NCBI RefSeq assembly: GCF_963921235.1
Contig: NC_086107.1
Coordinates: 102,674,001 to 102,738,000 of the forward strand
DNA: 64,000 nucleotides
Origin: Mobula hypostoma
Lineage: Eukaryota
Direction of reading: 5' to 3'
Part shown: piece by piece, positions 37,065 to 50,200 of the stretch
Layout: each line of letters opens with the position of its first letter
How positions within the stretch are numbered: position 1 is the stretch's first letter
Position numbers and translations under genes: made by a program
Notes under the pieces: generated by a model
What the model saw: the letters and a program-made list of their open reading frames with translations, nothing else
Databases searched by the model: none
Told to the model about the DNA's origin: nothing

Positions 37065-37245
37065 CCGGCTGGTGGTGTAGTGGCGTCAGCACCAGACTTC
37101 AAGGCAAACGGTCCAGAGTTCAAATCCGGCCAGCTCCTTTCCATCTGTGTTGGGTTGAGTGTTGAGCTGGCAATTTGGCCTCGTAAAAAAAGTTAAAATG
37201 CTGCCCAATGTGTCACAAGGCACGGAAAGGAACAACAGCAACAAC
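37065..37245 (+). mobile_element. Short tRNA-derived SINE with (AAC)n tail
   Basis: A-box TGGTGTAGTGG, B-box GAGTTCAAATCC, tail aacaacagcaacaaca. Confidence 0.75.
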
Positions 37246-38030
37246 ACACCCATTACTAAACAACAGACAGATGCTGGCTCTTGCTCATGGTTTTTAAACT
37301 TTAATTTATGCAACTTGCTGTAATATCGGAGTTCACTTCTCTTATCCACCATCTGTACCTTTCTGATTCTGCAAGAAATTTGAACAAATTCTTGCATGCT
37401 TCACAATGTGCCTGCATCTAATTTAATTTTTGTAACAGTTTTAGGGAATTCTTTTCCTTCCTCAGACCCCAGTAACTTATTATTTATATCATAAATTGGG
37501 CATGTCGTGGATAAGTGAATTCTAATTACTAGTCTGTTTTTTGAAACTACTGCTAACTTTGCATTTTAGTTGCTTTCATAATACCCCTACAGAAAAAAAC
37601 TAGTCCTACAAAGTTGCCTGCAAACTTCATTTCAAAGAAGATTTAAACAAATCTTTGATCTCTGAACTGTTGGCAGTGTAACAGTTCTATAATTATCCGT
37701 TGAGATGGCTTAACCTTTCCTTAATCCTGTTTCCTGCTCTAATTTCTCACTATAAATTCCCATTTATTTATGTATTGAGCCTTTGCAGTGCACATTGTGG
37801 TAGGGATTGGAAATACGTAACTGCAGCTCTTTAATCTTACGGGTGACGTCCTTCCCAGAGAGACGACTTCTAATCTTAGTCCAAAGGATCAGTGCTAACG
37901 TGTCACACAGCGCGGCTGGAGGTTCACTATATTGATGAGGGGGAAGAGACAGATGATCTCACATTAGTAACTAAGTGTTTATTAGCTGGGAATAAAGATA
38001 AAAGAATTTAAGGTGATGGTTTGTAGTTAG

Positions 38031-38668
38031 TGAAATGCCACTGGTTTCCTTGGCTGTGTGACACACTCCAGACCTGCTAAACCCATGAGATTGAGACGAC
38101 TCTCCCCTTCCCAAACCCCGGTTTGTGTGGACGCTGTAAAATTTGCTACCCTGTTACAACTCAGTGCTAAGGAATAACAGCACACTGCATACGACTAACG
38201 GAATTATATCTATGAATCTTACTTAACTAAAGGGTTAGTAAAGATAAGAAAAAAAGCAAAGAGGGCCCATTCTAATTAAACAGTCAAATGTGCACAAGTT
38301 TGAGCTCATCTTGAACTTCTCAGTCAGTCACGCGCCGGACCCTCGGTCAACATGAAAGCACACACCACCTTCCGAACGTCGCTCGCAATCCATCTCGAAC
38401 AAACGGGTCTCCCACTAGGTCGTAACCTATGACCGGTTCCTTCCAGAGTCTTGTCTCTTCCTCTCCCACCGAACAAAAAGAAACCCAAGACCAGCCTTAG
38501 AGCCCCTCACCAAGAAAACCTCCCCCTAATTGGATGGCCCACATTCCTTATCATCCCTTATCTTCAACAATAACCCAAACAGGCTGAAAGCAGAACAAAC
38601 TGCTCTTACAGAACTGCTAAATGAAATACCTACAGCATAACAGTAAAGATGCGAACCGGGGCATTACA
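38031..38668. mobile_element. Solo LTR, possibly Gypsy-type
   Basis: TG...CA termini with an imperfect inverted repeat (tgaaatgccactggttt / gaaccggggcattaca); flanks ttag/taag. Confidence 0.65.
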
Positions 38669-40265
38669 TAAGAATAAACTGGGGTTAATTTGCCTCTGAA
38701 ATGGTCCAGCAATCATGAAAAGTATTGGTGAAGAGGACCCCAGCTCAGTGGAGCTCAGTGTGATCCATCCTGAAAGAGGGATGATAAATTCAATGTGTCA
38801 GTTCTGGTAAAGTCTACACTGGTTAGCCTTGCAGAAAAGAAGCTTGTGGTCATTCCATTAAAGCGGGCAGAGCTGAAGTTTTGTTGTAAATGGCAGGGAG
38901 GTGGTTGTTAATGGATCAGTAGCTGCAGGACCATGATAATATAACGTTTTAATCGTTTTGAAATTAAAAGCCTCATGCTCTGATCTGTCATTGTCCGACA
39001 AAAATATGCCAGCATCAGAGCAAAATACTTCAGGCCAATTTCCACTGAGGTCAGGTGGGACTGCAACCAGAGCTCATGGGTTAAGGGTGAAAGGTGAAAA
39101 GTTTAAGGGGAACATGAGGGGAAACCTCTTCACTCAGAGGGTTGTGAGAGAGTAAGATGAGCTGCCAGCGTAAGTGGTGCACGTGAGCTTGGTTTCAGTG
39201 TTTAAAAGAAGTTTGGATATGTACGTGGATCGTAGGGGTATGGAGGGCTATGATTCTGGTGCAGGTCGATGGGAATAGGCAGTTTAAGTGGTTTCAGCAT
39301 TGGGCTAAATGGGCTGAAGGGCCTGTTTCTGTGCTGTGCTTCTCAATGACTCTATGACTAGCTCTGTAACTCCTCCCATTTAGTTTTTCCCATTTCTCGT
39401 CGCCTCTAAATGTAATTCGCCTACAGCAAGTGCTAAACAACTCAACAACTTCCACAATTACCCGCAGACGTTTTTCTCGTCTGCCTTTCCCGCAGCTTCC
39501 TACGTTAGAGTTCACCATAACAATATTTCACATGTGGATTTATTCAACAAGATGACAGGTTTTGGGAGATTACACACTCAGTCTGAATTGCCCAATATTC
39601 AACCCACAGCAGATGCTGACTAGAACCTGCAATCTTGACTGATTTTCCTTCCTTCTTTTAACCAAGGCAGGAGGGCAAGGCTTGGTGCAGCACTCTCATT
39701 CACTCCCTAAACTTAATCAGTTCCACAGACTGTGGGATGATCTATCACCTGTGACTGCAGTGTGCTACATTTACCAAATGTGCCAACGGTAGTTTATATC
39801 AGTTTTATTGCTGTCATTTTCCTCCTCCTGCTCCTCCATAGAAGAGTCTTATCTTTAACCTTCGCCCTCAACCAATAGCCTCAATTGTAACATCATTTTA
39901 AGCAAGGTGGAATGCCCAACTTTCTTCCAAAAATTGACATTGAGCAACGGGCAGTTGCAAGAAAAGTTGCCAAGGGCATGGCAGAGAGGTGGCCTTTGGA
40001 AGGTGAGGAAGGGTGAAAGAAGGTAGAGGAATTGGAAAGAGAATTTTAAAGTGATGTGGTCTCTACTTCTGGAATTGAGAATGATTCAGAAGAACAAAGT
40101 GCAAGCTGCACTTCAGGCGGCAGGAAAGGTACGAGCCAGTTTTTGCGTGGGAAGGTACAAGTTGATGGTAACTGGTGCCACCACAGCGATCCTGGCTCAG
40201 GGGTGCGCACTTGATCCGTTTTATCCTCTTCTCCTTTAACCTGGTGTGTGGTTGCATTTGGACAG

Positions 40266-40429
40266 ATCGGCTACCACTGCTGGCTGTGTGGGAAGAACAG
40301 CAACAGCGAGAAGCAATGGGAGAAGCACATCACGTCGGAGAAGCACAAGGATAAAGTGTTCAACTCCGAGGATGATCATAACTGCTGGCAGCACCGCTTC
40401 CCTATGGGAGAGTTCAAACTGTGTGAGAG
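40266..40429 (+). CDS. ZC3H7A: ZC3H7 coding exon with C2H2/matrin-like finger (IGYHCWLCGKNSNSEKQWEKHITSEKHKDKVF...CWQHRFPMGEFKLCER)
   Basis: gacag|ATC acceptor, AG|gtgaga donor, phase 0/2. Confidence 0.95.
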
Positions 40430-43289
40430 GTGAGACGTGGAGAAAGAGTTCACAAATCAAGAGCTGCATAGTCAACATTAGCTGTTTAAAATAAGTCCTC
40501 AGTCATTATTTGCTTATTGGTGTAATGCTGTTCTTACTCATGCTCATATGGCCATCCCCTTGCAAAGGGAGGAAAAGCCATGAAATTCTCTCTTGGGATA
40601 TGGGTGTCCTTGGTAAGGCTGGTATTTATTCACCATCCACCACTGCCCTTGAAATACTGAGGAGTATCCACAAAAGTTCTTGTGGTTAAAGCTGCGGTGG
40701 CAATTTTCACTAGCTCAGCTGTTTCAAAAACAGTTAAAGCTCAGCCACTTCTCTCTGGGTCTCAAGTGACGTATGATCCAGACTCGATAAGTTTGGCAAA
40801 TCTCCTTCCCTAATAGGGTTAACTGCAACCACGTGATTTCAGACTCATTGTTACCAATAACAGCTTTTTAACGTAGTTATTCATTTTTGAGATTCAAGTA
40901 TCACTGTCAGGCCCTGCATTTATTGTCCATTCCCAGTTGTCCTTGAGAAGGTGATGATGATCTGCTGCTCTGAACTGCTGTCGTCCTTCTGGTTAAGGTG
41001 ACTTCACAGAGTTCCGGGATTTAGACCCAGTGAAGGTCTGGCAACATATTTCCAGATCAGACAGTGTATCACTTGAAGGGGAATCTGCCCGTAGTGGGGT
41101 TTCTTTGCACCTGCTGCCCTTGTCCTTCCTAATGGTAGTGATTGCAGGTTAGGAGTAGCTCGAACAAGTAATTGCAGGGCATTTTGTGCATGGTACTTGA
41201 TGATGAAGGGAAGGGTGGTTGATAGGCACCAATCAAGTGGGTTCCTTTGTCCAGGATTGTATTGAACTCCTTGATTGTTGTTGGAACTCCATTCATCCAG
41301 AAAATGAAATTTATTCCATCACGCTTCTGACCTGTGCCACTAAGTTTACTGTTGTTCTCCTTCAGGGAGCTCATTGGCCAACATGTGTATTGGCCGAAAT
41401 GCACCCATGTGCCTGTCCCGGCATTGAGTTCTTCTTGAACTTCGTAGCTTGCTTCAGTCACAAGTCATAGGAGTGAAGGCAGCTGCTCCTGTGTCTTGTG
41501 AGTGAAGTTACAGGCTCTCCACTGACTGGTGCTGCTGTATAATCGTCAGGGATCCCTGAGGGAGGGAGTGAGAGGGGTGGGAGGGATAGGGAGTTTAAAA
41601 ATAGGTATAAATAGAAGGAGACCAGGGAATCAAGGGCGATGGGGATTAGGTGGGATAATGACGTTTGAGGTGGAACATCAGTCACGGTCTTGTTGAACAG
41701 GCTTGAAGGTTGAATGGCCTGTTACTGCTAGTTAATATTGAGAAGGATGAGCAGACAAGGCGTATTTTCTCTCAGACACCAAATCTGGATCAGACCCCTC
41801 TCTCACCCGAACTTGGCTCTTTTGATTGAAAACTGGTGCTCGGTTTGATTTGCTGCCCTCTCATTCACCTCAGGACTTGAGATATTTGCCTCAGCTCCAG
41901 GACTGATGGACCATCTCATTCTGGGTCTGCAGCTTAGCTTGGACCCAGATCTGATCTGGTGTTGATTCACACAATGTCCTGTCTCTAGTCCTTCTTGGTG
42001 TGGTAAGTCACCAGCACCCCAGATGAGGTACAGTCAAAGCCCATTGGGAGCAGGACCCAGACCTGAAGCTTATTGCTCCTATCTCCACTAACCAAGCCTC
42101 TCTGTAAGTGAAAATCCTCACACATACTGCCTATGTCTTCTCACTGAGCTAACCAAGTTCACACTGAGCTAGATGTTACTTTTTATAATGCAATGGTGTT
42201 AAGTAAGCACTGAATGGTATCCTCTATTTTCTTAGAAGATCAATACATTTCCCCAACACATGGAAGGAGCCATTTGATACTGATTCACAGAGCAAACCCG
42301 TTCCTCCAATAATTTCTCTTTAACTTATTTTCTTCACTTTCCCATCAACTGCCCCTGAATTTTGCCACTAACGTACACCAGGTGCAATTTACAGTTACTA
42401 ACCAATATTCCTTTTTGGGGGCGGGGGGACAGAAGCACCCAGGTGAAACCCACTTAAATATGGGGACTTTAAACTCCAGCAGGAATTTAAACCCAACAAG
42501 GCCAGCAGCCAAGGTCGGGATTGAATTGGGTCACTGGAACCGTGAGCAGCTCTCTGAGTGGAGTTTACAACCTCTCACTTTGAATCCTTGCTGTACATGC
42601 CTCAAATAAATAGACTTTTAAAAATCATTTATTAGTGTGGACAATTCAGCTCCGCAAAATATCCTTCAGGATGATGAGTAGCCACTCTAGGTATTAACCT
42701 GGTAAACGTCTGGACTGTTTCCAACACATTCTTTCTTAACTATGGAGACCACTATTGTACACAATACAGTGTATGCGGTCTTACTAATATCCAATATAAT
42801 TGAAGCATAACCTCCCTACATTTATATTTAATCCACCTCATTATATATAAATTCAATAATGTTTTGTTACAATCGAGACTGATGAACATAACACAGTGGT
42901 TAGCATAATGCTTTATAACACCAGCAATCACCAATCGGAGTTGAATTCCCACCGCTGTCTGTAAGGAGTTTGTACGTTCTCCCTGTGACCGTGTGGGTTT
43001 CACCTCACATTCCAAAGACGTACGGTTAGGATTAGTGTTGGTGAGTTATCGGTATGTTATGTTGGCGCCAGAAGTGTGGCGACACTCGTGGGTTCCCCCC
43101 CACCCAGCACAGTCCTCCGACGATGACGCAAACGATGCACTTCACTGTATGTTTTGCTGTTTCAATGTGCATGCGACAAATGAAGTTAATCTCTTTACCT
43201 TTTGTTTCATCGGGTATAAAGGATATGACGTTTTTGGACTGGAATGGAACGGAAGAAATCAGGATAAGAAGACGTGGGGAGGGGGGCAG

Positions 43290-43705
43290 GAGGAGAGATT
43301 GAATAGGTTAGGACTTTGTGCCTTGGAATGTAGAAGATTAAGAGGAGACTTGATAGAAGCATACAAAATTGTGAGGGGGTGTAGACAGGGTAAGTGCAAA
43401 GAGGCTTTCCACTGAGGTTGGGTGAGCCTGCAACTAGAGGTCATAGCTAAGGGTGAAAGGTGAAAATTTTAAGAGCAACATGAGGGGAAACTTCTTCACT
43501 CAGAGGGTTGAGAGAGCTGCCATCGCAAGTGGTGCATGCGAGCTCGATTTCAACGTTTAAACGAAGTTTGGATAGGTACGTGGATGGTAGGGGTACGGAG
43601 GGTAATAGTCCCAGTGCAGATCGATGGGAGTAGGCTGTTTAAATGGTTCAGCATGGACTAGATGGGCCAAAAGGCCTGTTTCTGTGCTGTACTTTTCAGT
43701 GACTC
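43290..43705 (+). mobile_element. CR1 LINE 3' fragment (related copies at 39045-39360 and 63315-63690 on +, 4075-4520 on -)
   Basis: ERLNRLGLCALECRRLRGDLIEAYKI and GNFFTQRV motifs, followed by a CR1 3' UTR. Confidence 0.85.
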
Positions 43706-44072
43706 TAAAACCTATGTGTATAACTGGAGCCAGTGAGGAATGTAAATGGAAGCTGGGTAGATATGGGAGGGAGAAGAGTAAAGGAGACATTGATAATGAG
43801 AAGATGAGAGGTGTAGGGGAATTTCTGTGGAGCAGAGACACAACTGTAGACTGTAGAAGGGTTTCGGCCCGAAACGTCGACTGTATCTCTTCCTAGAGAT
43901 GCTGCCTGGCCTGCTGCGTTCACCAGCAACTTTGATGTGTGTTGTAGACTAGTTGCCTGGAATGCTTTGCTTACTAATGCACTGGGAAAGGTGGAGGGCC
44001 TAGAGGGGCTGAGCGGCGTCCTGTTCCCTTGTTCCTGTCCGAATGACTCTCCCACTCTTCTCCTTCCCCCAG

Positions 44073-44262
44073 AGAAAAGAAGAAATGCTGCCCTGACGGC
44101 GACGACTGCCGGTTTGCCCACAGCCAGGCGGAGCTGAACGAGTGGCTGGAACGCCAGGAGATCTTGAAAATGAAACTTGCCAAAGCCAAGAAGGACATGT
44201 TGATCACGCCGGACGACAACGACTTTGGCAAATACAGTTTTTTGATGAAAGACTTAAATTAA
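44073..44262 (+). CDS. ZC3H7A: ZC3H7 terminal coding exon, completes the last CCCH finger (EKKKCCPDGDDCRFAHSQAEL...DNDFGKYSFLMKDLN*)
   Basis: Pyrimidine tract, cag|A acceptor (phase 2), TAA at 44260-44262. The C-terminus matches the recalled ZC3H7A end (DNDFGKYSFLFKDLN) and lacks the ZC3H7B tail. Confidence 0.95.
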
Positions 44263-47200
44263 TGGATAAAACCGGTTCAGTTTAATTATCACTGAAACCT
44301 TTAAATTTAACAAAAATTGATTTTGGTAACATAATGGATAGTCATGAATTGTGACGTCATTACACTGAGGTGACCTTTGTTACCTCACTTACTGCATCTT
44401 TACTCCTGTCTTAAATGCAGTTGTTAAAGGATGGGAGCGTCTGTAAGCAGATGCTAGTGCTCACAACTGCTGCAGGAGAGGTATGATTGAGCTGGGGTTT
44501 GGGTGGGTGCGGGAGGTGTGAGGTCAGTGGGCTAAACATCTGTACTTTGACAGGTTTAAAAACCCATGCAACTGCGTAGTGCTGGATAAGGGATAGCCCA
44601 GTGAGTTTCCCCGACAGAACTTGGGGGCATAAGCACCTAGGTTCAATCCACATTCTTCACTGCGTTAGCTGATTGCTCAAAAGAACCCAATTGCCTTCAA
44701 CAGTGTTAGTATTGGAACTTGGCCAGGGTTTTTTTTACCTCTGATAGTTGACCAAAAAAATACCTTTAGGTGTAAAAAAAAATGACGATATTAAGAAATG
44801 GACACATTACCAGTGGGCACAGTACCCTAGTGAGGTTGTAGTGTTTTGGGAAGGTAAATGTGAGGGAGAAATAATGCCAAAGATTATAGAGAAGGCAATA
44901 CAATGCCCATGTATTATTACCAGAATGAGTAATGTCACACTTAGTATATTTTTGAGCTTTTGTGTGTGCTTGTCTCAGGTCAGCAAAGCTATTTTAGAAA
45001 GAATAGGTAGCGTCTGTTGTCATCTGCTAAAAAAGCTACTGATATGTCAGCCTGATTACGGTTCACATGCACTCAACCCACCCGAGCTGGTTTAAAGCAG
45101 CCAGTGCCCAGCACTAATATCCCATTTTCTTCCTTTTCCCCTGAAGTCCTGCAGAGATTTACGGTCTCCGTAAGCTGACCCATTTGGTCACTATTATGCT
45201 GTGAATCTAGCTGGCAGGGCAGGTGAGGTGCAAGCTTTCAAACCGGCCCTGCCGTCTGAGGTTCACATCAGCTGGACTACCTGAAGGATGACCGAGTAAT
45301 TATCGAAGGTAAAACCCTGACTGAATTGGTTTCCTGCCCCCACTGTGACGCTGAGGGTGGTTGTTGTATTATAGGCCTGAGATCAGCTAACCCAACACAC
45401 ACCTCCCTGCTCCCTACCTTGGGTCTACACCAGTTGTAACAAAAGAGCACTGAGACAGCGTTAGTCTACTGAGCAAAAGGCTGTGGTCCATACCAAACTC
45501 CTCAAGATGCTGTAACTGCTCAGTTTGTGTTTAAATGACCTTGTCGTCCAAATATATTTGGGGGGAGAATGTTGTATTTTGTAAATCCCTTCCCCCAAAG
45601 GAACTTTCTCTTAATTTTAATTGATTTGTTATTAACAAATAGATCTGTGAAATCTAAACCCACTCTTTTAAGTGCAAAACTCATCATCTTCTCCTATCTT
45701 CCTCCTCACCTGTATTTGGTTTCTCTTTCTATTGTCTGTCTAATTTGTCCACATTGTGTCTTGCTGGGAAATCTGTTCCCTGCTCAGTTTTACACATTCA
45801 GTAGTTAACTACCGTAGTTGAACTCCCTAGTTCATTAAGCAACTGGGTCCACCACCCTGTCAGGAGTTTGTGCATGGGTCAAACTCATTATAAAGAGCTG
45901 AGCTGAATAGTCTTCCTTCCATTGTGTTCAGTCGGTTACTTAACTCTGTACTTTGATAAGCATTTCCTCTCCCCACTGTTCATAGGACAAGGTCAGCTTT
46001 TTGCTCCAAGTCTTTGTGATAGTGTCCTCATAACGACATTGAGTAGGAAATGACAGCAATGTGACAAGGTAATGATGAAGAAGTAACTTTGTCTAAATTA
46101 GCTGTTAGTTGACTTGGAGAAAAGTGTGGACACGATTGGTTACTCTTTTCTTTCTCTTAGTACCCGAGCTTGAGAGGCTGAGTGGAATTGCTATTGCGCT
46201 GATTTCCATTTCGTGAGCTGGCCATTGAGACCAACTGCTGTCCGCCAGGGTTTATGCTCTTATCCTGCCTCATCTAAGCTCCATCAGCACATCTTCCATT
46301 TCTAGCTCCCTATGACCATTCCTAGTCTTCCTTTCAATTGCAACATATGGTCGTCAGAGTTCCATATCCTTAACACTTAAAAAAGAAGTTTTCTCTATTG
46401 ACTTCAGTTATGCCCCTTTTGCTTGGACTTTCCACAGTGGAATTTTTTTTTCCCACATCTGCCCTATAGTATTACTTTATAGTTCTGAAGACCTTTTCTC
46501 CAATGTAATTGTTTGAGTGCCAAGCATGGTACAGACTGACACAATGATCAGTGTAGCACGATATGAAACTTAAGTCGAGTTTGTACTCAGTGCATGTCCC
46601 ATCTCTGGCATTGTGTTGCTTGCTCTATTGCTGTTAGCAATGAAAAATTACAGCTTTCTGTAATGTTGATTCTTGTATACTTTTAACTGCTGAACGTGCA
46701 ATCTACACATCCTCAATTTAAATTGTTACATACGTTGTGCTCTGTGCTTAGAACTTCCCGTGTTAAAGTTAAATCTTTGCAAGAAAGTGCAACATCAGAG
46801 AATGCTACATAACATTTTGAGCCTGAGGAATGAGACTAATGCCAACATGATTTTACACTGCCATAGGTGGGTCCATGTTGCTGACAAGTGGACGCGTCGA
46901 ACATGTTCACTGGCTTTGCTCTGCTCTAGAGCCTGAGCTGAGTGGGACAGGCATAAGCCAGAGTCGAAAAGAGAGGATGGTAGGGGGTGCTTTTGAGGCA
47001 GGGACGGTTACTGAATTAGGCTGAAATTTTAAGGAGGCCAAGTGTGAACTTTGGGTTGGAAACTGTCAACCCTAAGTGCAACTAAATCAGACCAGCCCTT
47101 CAGATCTGTTCCTTTTCCTAACTATGTGCGCACACACTGCAGCCTCTAATACTTTTCAAAAATACCCCAGCCTGTACCCCCAGTGAAAAATGCTGTTGGA

Positions 47201-50200
47201 CCATCTGCTGTCTTTCAGTGCCAGGTATGGCTGAGAGCAGCATGCACATTTGGATCACTTGGTTGGGTTGAGTTGAAGCTCTACTTTGCAGAGCAGCAGA
47301 AGCCAAAAGAACGTTTCAAGTATAGGAATTTGCGGATTTTGCCCAAAATCACCTTCCTTAGTATATTTAAGGTGGGGGGAGTGAAAGAACTGAGATATCT
47401 TTATGATTTTTCACTTTGAGTAGTTAAGAAAGGGAATTTTTCCGAGCTAGTGATTTGATTGATGAGCCAAAATAACCAGCTGCCTTGAGCATTGTTTTGA
47501 GTACAAGTTAAGGGCTTTCTTACTACCCTGTTCATACGGGGACTTGTCTTCACAAAACATGGTTTAGATGTGCTTCACAATGTAATAAGTATCAGATCAA
47601 GTGATTTTGTCCAGATCATGTTGGAGTTTATTGTTTGCAGAGTCTGCAAAAGATGTTCCAAGGATGGAATCAGTTGGCTGGACAGCACACTCTACTTGAA
47701 AGTGGAAATTCATGGGTTTCTTTCTCAGTACAATTGCCCTAGGGTCCAGGAATTACTCTCCAGGACATTGCTATGTACCAATCATGCAGAAAAATCAGAG
47801 TGCGATTTCAAAAAAAAATCCTTTTTATTTTGCATCTTAGGCCTATATCACATTCTGCCTGGTGTCATCAATAGGTTGTCATTTGCAAAGTTAAGGTGAA
47901 TAGGTGTAAGTGGTTTTTTTTTTAGGAAGTTTGCTGGTTACCAATCTTTTACCAATTTTACTGTTTCTAGTAAACTTTTCTATATAGTTTGAAAAATATT
48001 AGATGTGCTTGTGCTTAGATAGCTAAGAATCATCCAATTGGGTATTAAGTCATATTACTTTCCTATTGGTTTAGGAAGGTTGGGTTGTGAGATTGGAAGT
48101 GTTTAACAGGAGTGTTGGACAGGGCATTTATTAAGAGACCATGTGGTTCCACCTCCAAGAGTATGACCATTCAGAATTGGTCATCCCCAGGGCAGAAGCA
48201 ACTGAAGGATACAAGACCTCTACGTAATACAGAAGTGGAATTTTGCTACCTAGCTCGCAATATAAAAATCTTAAGATTTAAGGCAAAGCTGCACTTGTTA
48301 CAGAGCCAAACAGAGATGTTTGAGGAAACATGGTGGGTCTTGGTGCACAGGAGACAGTGCACGCATTAATCATATTATCACCCAGGCAGAGAGACTGCAA
48401 ATTATTATTAGAGAAAAGGGGAATGATCTTCTTCCTTTATATCCCTGATAATCAACTGTTAAATAAGATTTGATAAGTAAGTTTGGCGCAAGGCCACAGT
48501 TAACAGATAACCTGGTTCAGTTAATTTTGTTTTCTGCAACCATTTCTTACTTTAGGAATCTAAGTAAGGTGTGAATTTAGGAAATTATGAAATAAGATTT
48601 TACTACAGATGCACATTTCAAATGTTATAAATATTATAATATCAATGGCATTAGGTGATTGTCGGGAATTGTACTCAAAATCATTGGAGATGTGACTAAT
48701 CTTTTTTCCATTAAACTTGTCCTGCTTTGCATTGGGCTGACAATCAGAGTGTCAGGCATGAACGAAATAAATCAGAAATATTTGGTAATCAAAAGAAAAA
48801 AACAAAATGAGAAAGGTGGAAAGTGTATTCGGCTAAGAATTGGTTATCAAGACCAGACCTCGGCTGTAATGCTGTTGACAGCCTTCAGGATCAAATGCAA
48901 GAGTTATGAGAAGGCTAGAAGGCTGTTTCAAATGGGTTTGCTAATTCACAATGTGTTCCTGGATTCTGCAGTAGTCCTGAATCTCCCCACGTCATTTTGT
49001 CATGCTGGACCCCTTGACATCAGGACAAGCTGGCAGAAGCCTGCAGTACTGCAAAATCCTGGAGGCACTTGGTGGGTTTGGCAGCATCTATGGGTGGGGG
49101 TGGAATGGTTACTTGGTGTTTCAGATCAAGCCTCTTCTTCTGGACAGGTTGAGACCCTTCATCTGAGTCATTCCGAAATGCCGACTGTCCATTTTCCTCC
49201 ATAGATGCTGCCTGGCCCACTGAAATCCTCCAACAGTTTTAGTGTTGCTCCTGATTCCACCACCTTGTAGTCCCCTCTGGCTCCAAAATCCTGGAATATG
49301 CCTTATGGAATACACTTGCACCAGGATTACACTGATGAATGGGAAATGGTTACAGATTTAAAAGACAGTCATTGTAAATGAACATCTTATTTATTTTAGA
49401 CCAAAATAAATCCTAATAATTCAGGTTGGTTTAGTACAGAATCCAGAATATGTTAATTCGATATGGCATTATCGAAGAAGCATTAGTCATTCAGTCTGGA
49501 GAAAATGAGATTGTTTGCATTAGAAAAAAGATAATCAGATTGGCATAATTGTATTTATGAAATTATGTTATATAAATCATAGTGGGGGAAAACTGGCTGA
49601 ATAATAATTCAAATTATGAATTACTAAAGGTGAGATTAAGGGAACACCTTTGTAGAGAGTTTTTAAGTTATTAACTGTATTATGAAAACACGATTGTTTT
49701 TAAATTGCTAGTAGATAAAGATCTAAAATAATTTGTTTAAATGGCTGTGGGGAGAGGGCAAGACCACGAAGAGAGCTCCACAGTCTGTACAGAGCGGTGA
49801 ACACTCTGGGATAATAAAATTGTATTGGACCTACATTCTGAAATATTCATTTCTGAAGGTATGACGAAGAGGGTTTATAGTATGGCAGTCTTCGATCCCA
49901 CCTATGTCCCAAGTCCATAACTGGGTGACTCTGACAGTGCTAGCCAGATATCGGTCATCTACAGACCGGAAATGTATTTGGAGGTCTGGGTGACAGGTGG
50001 TGGGGGGGGGCAGCTTCGTGACAACGTGCAGCTTAAAAGTCAGGGTGTGTCAAAGGGTCTTGACTGGAGACGTGGAAGGGGGAAAAATCTATAACTTTGT
50101 TGGAAGGGAACTGAAGTGCTAACCAAGGAGACATAACCCTGACACGTACCCCTCAGCCATACTGCAGGTTAATCAGCACTCTAGCCACTTCCTCCATGGT

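Noticed and set aside
37065..37140. Possible tRNA gene
   Set aside because: A and B boxes are present, but it continues into a SINE body and (AAC)n tail and I could not build a convincing cloverleaf.
44352..44359. Perfect CRE palindrome TGACGTCA after the stop codon (another near 34988)
   Set aside because: An 8-mer is expected about once per 65 kb by chance, and there is no promoter context.
48659..49204. 181-aa ORF in the putative 3' UTR
   Set aside because: Non-ATG start, no recognisable domain, and its 3' part is a decayed Penelope-derived repeat.
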